Part shown: positions 42,526 to 42,867 of the stretch, piece by piece | How positions within the stretch are numbered: the stretch's first letter is position 1 | How the letters are laid out: each line of letters starts with the position of its first letter | Source: a virus | Lineage: Duplodnaviria; Caudoviricetes | IMG/VR virus record: IMGVR_UViG_3300014169_000011 | Location: 1 to 42,867 of that record | Length of the DNA stretch: 42,867 nt | Strand: one strand, 5' to 3' | The notes under the pieces: model-generated | The model's database searches: none | What the model saw: only the letters and a program-made list of their open reading frames with translations | What the model was told of the DNA's origin: nothing | Position numbers and translations under genes: made by a program

Positions 42526-42867
42526 ATGCCATATTTCATCGCGCCGGATATGACACTATCGCTCGAAGAGCTCGAAGCGATGAAGCCTTGCGGCATGGAG
42601 ACGCGGCGCGCCTGGTTCGCTGGCGGAAAGCGGCTGAACGTCGAAGACGCGCTGAACGCCGGCGCGACAACCAGCGACATTCTGTGGGTCGCCCAGAAAC
42701 TCGGTCGAAAGGACTTGTGCGTCCGATTCGCTCTGGCCTGCGCTCGGCGCGTTGCGCATCTGAACACCGACCCGAAGGTTCAGGCTGCGTTGGACGCGGC
42801 GCAAGCTTGGCTTGGCTATCCGAGCGAAGGAACCCGCAAAGCCGCCGCCTACGCCGCCAAAGCCGCC
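42526..42867 (+). CDS. N-terminal part of the Ala-rich early protein (Imm-5-like helical region; continues at window start)
   Basis: GGGAGA RBS; MPYFIAPDM...DILWVA...RFALACARRVAHL..DPKVQAALDAAQAWL...AAAYAAKAA; open to the window end. Confidence 0.75.
   Translation, partial: MPYFIAPDMTLSLEELEAMKPCGMETRRAWFAGGKRLNVEDALNAGATTSDILWVAQKLGRKDLCVRFALACARRVAHLNTDPKVQAALDAAQAWLGYPSEGTRKAAAYAAKAA
42852..42867 (+). repeat. 16-nt terminal overlap with positions 1-16 (circular contig)
   Basis: cgccgccaaagccgcc is present at both ends, and merging them preserves the reading frame. Confidence 0.75.

Overview
The window looks like a complete, circularly permuted, GC-rich genome of a podovirus-type tailed phage (~42.85 kb). 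The last 16 nt repeat the first 16 nt, and one Ala-rich ORF runs in frame across the junction. The + strand arm (~41.6 kb, through the junction, to 13.6 kb) holds small early genes and an APSE-like replication module: RuvC-like resolvase, SNF2 helicase, C5 methyltransferase, DUF2800 nuclease, DUF2815 SSB, family A DNA polymerase and primase-helicase. The - strand arm (41.0 to 13.4 kb) holds holin/spanins, KTSC, terminase, portal, scaffold, capsid, adaptor, nozzle, fibres, endolysin, ejection proteins and a PurD-like ATP-grasp enzyme. I saw no integrase, tRNA, CRISPR array or reverse transcriptase. An alphaproteobacterial host is an inference. The most striking observation is five consecutive tail-fibre-region genes (23108-27536) that each begin with a Sec/SPase I-like signal peptide and carry even numbers of Cys (4, 10, 2, 6, 4). 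This suggests virion appendages that are exported, disulfide-folded in the periplasm and joined to particles at lysis. Other notable items are the PurD-like ligase, GNAT and apparently dead 2OG-Fe(II) oxygenase within the virion module, a ~50-bp hairpin with helically phased mismatches, and two orphan OmpR/CtrA-type winged helices. All family calls come from motif recognition by eye; no database search was run.
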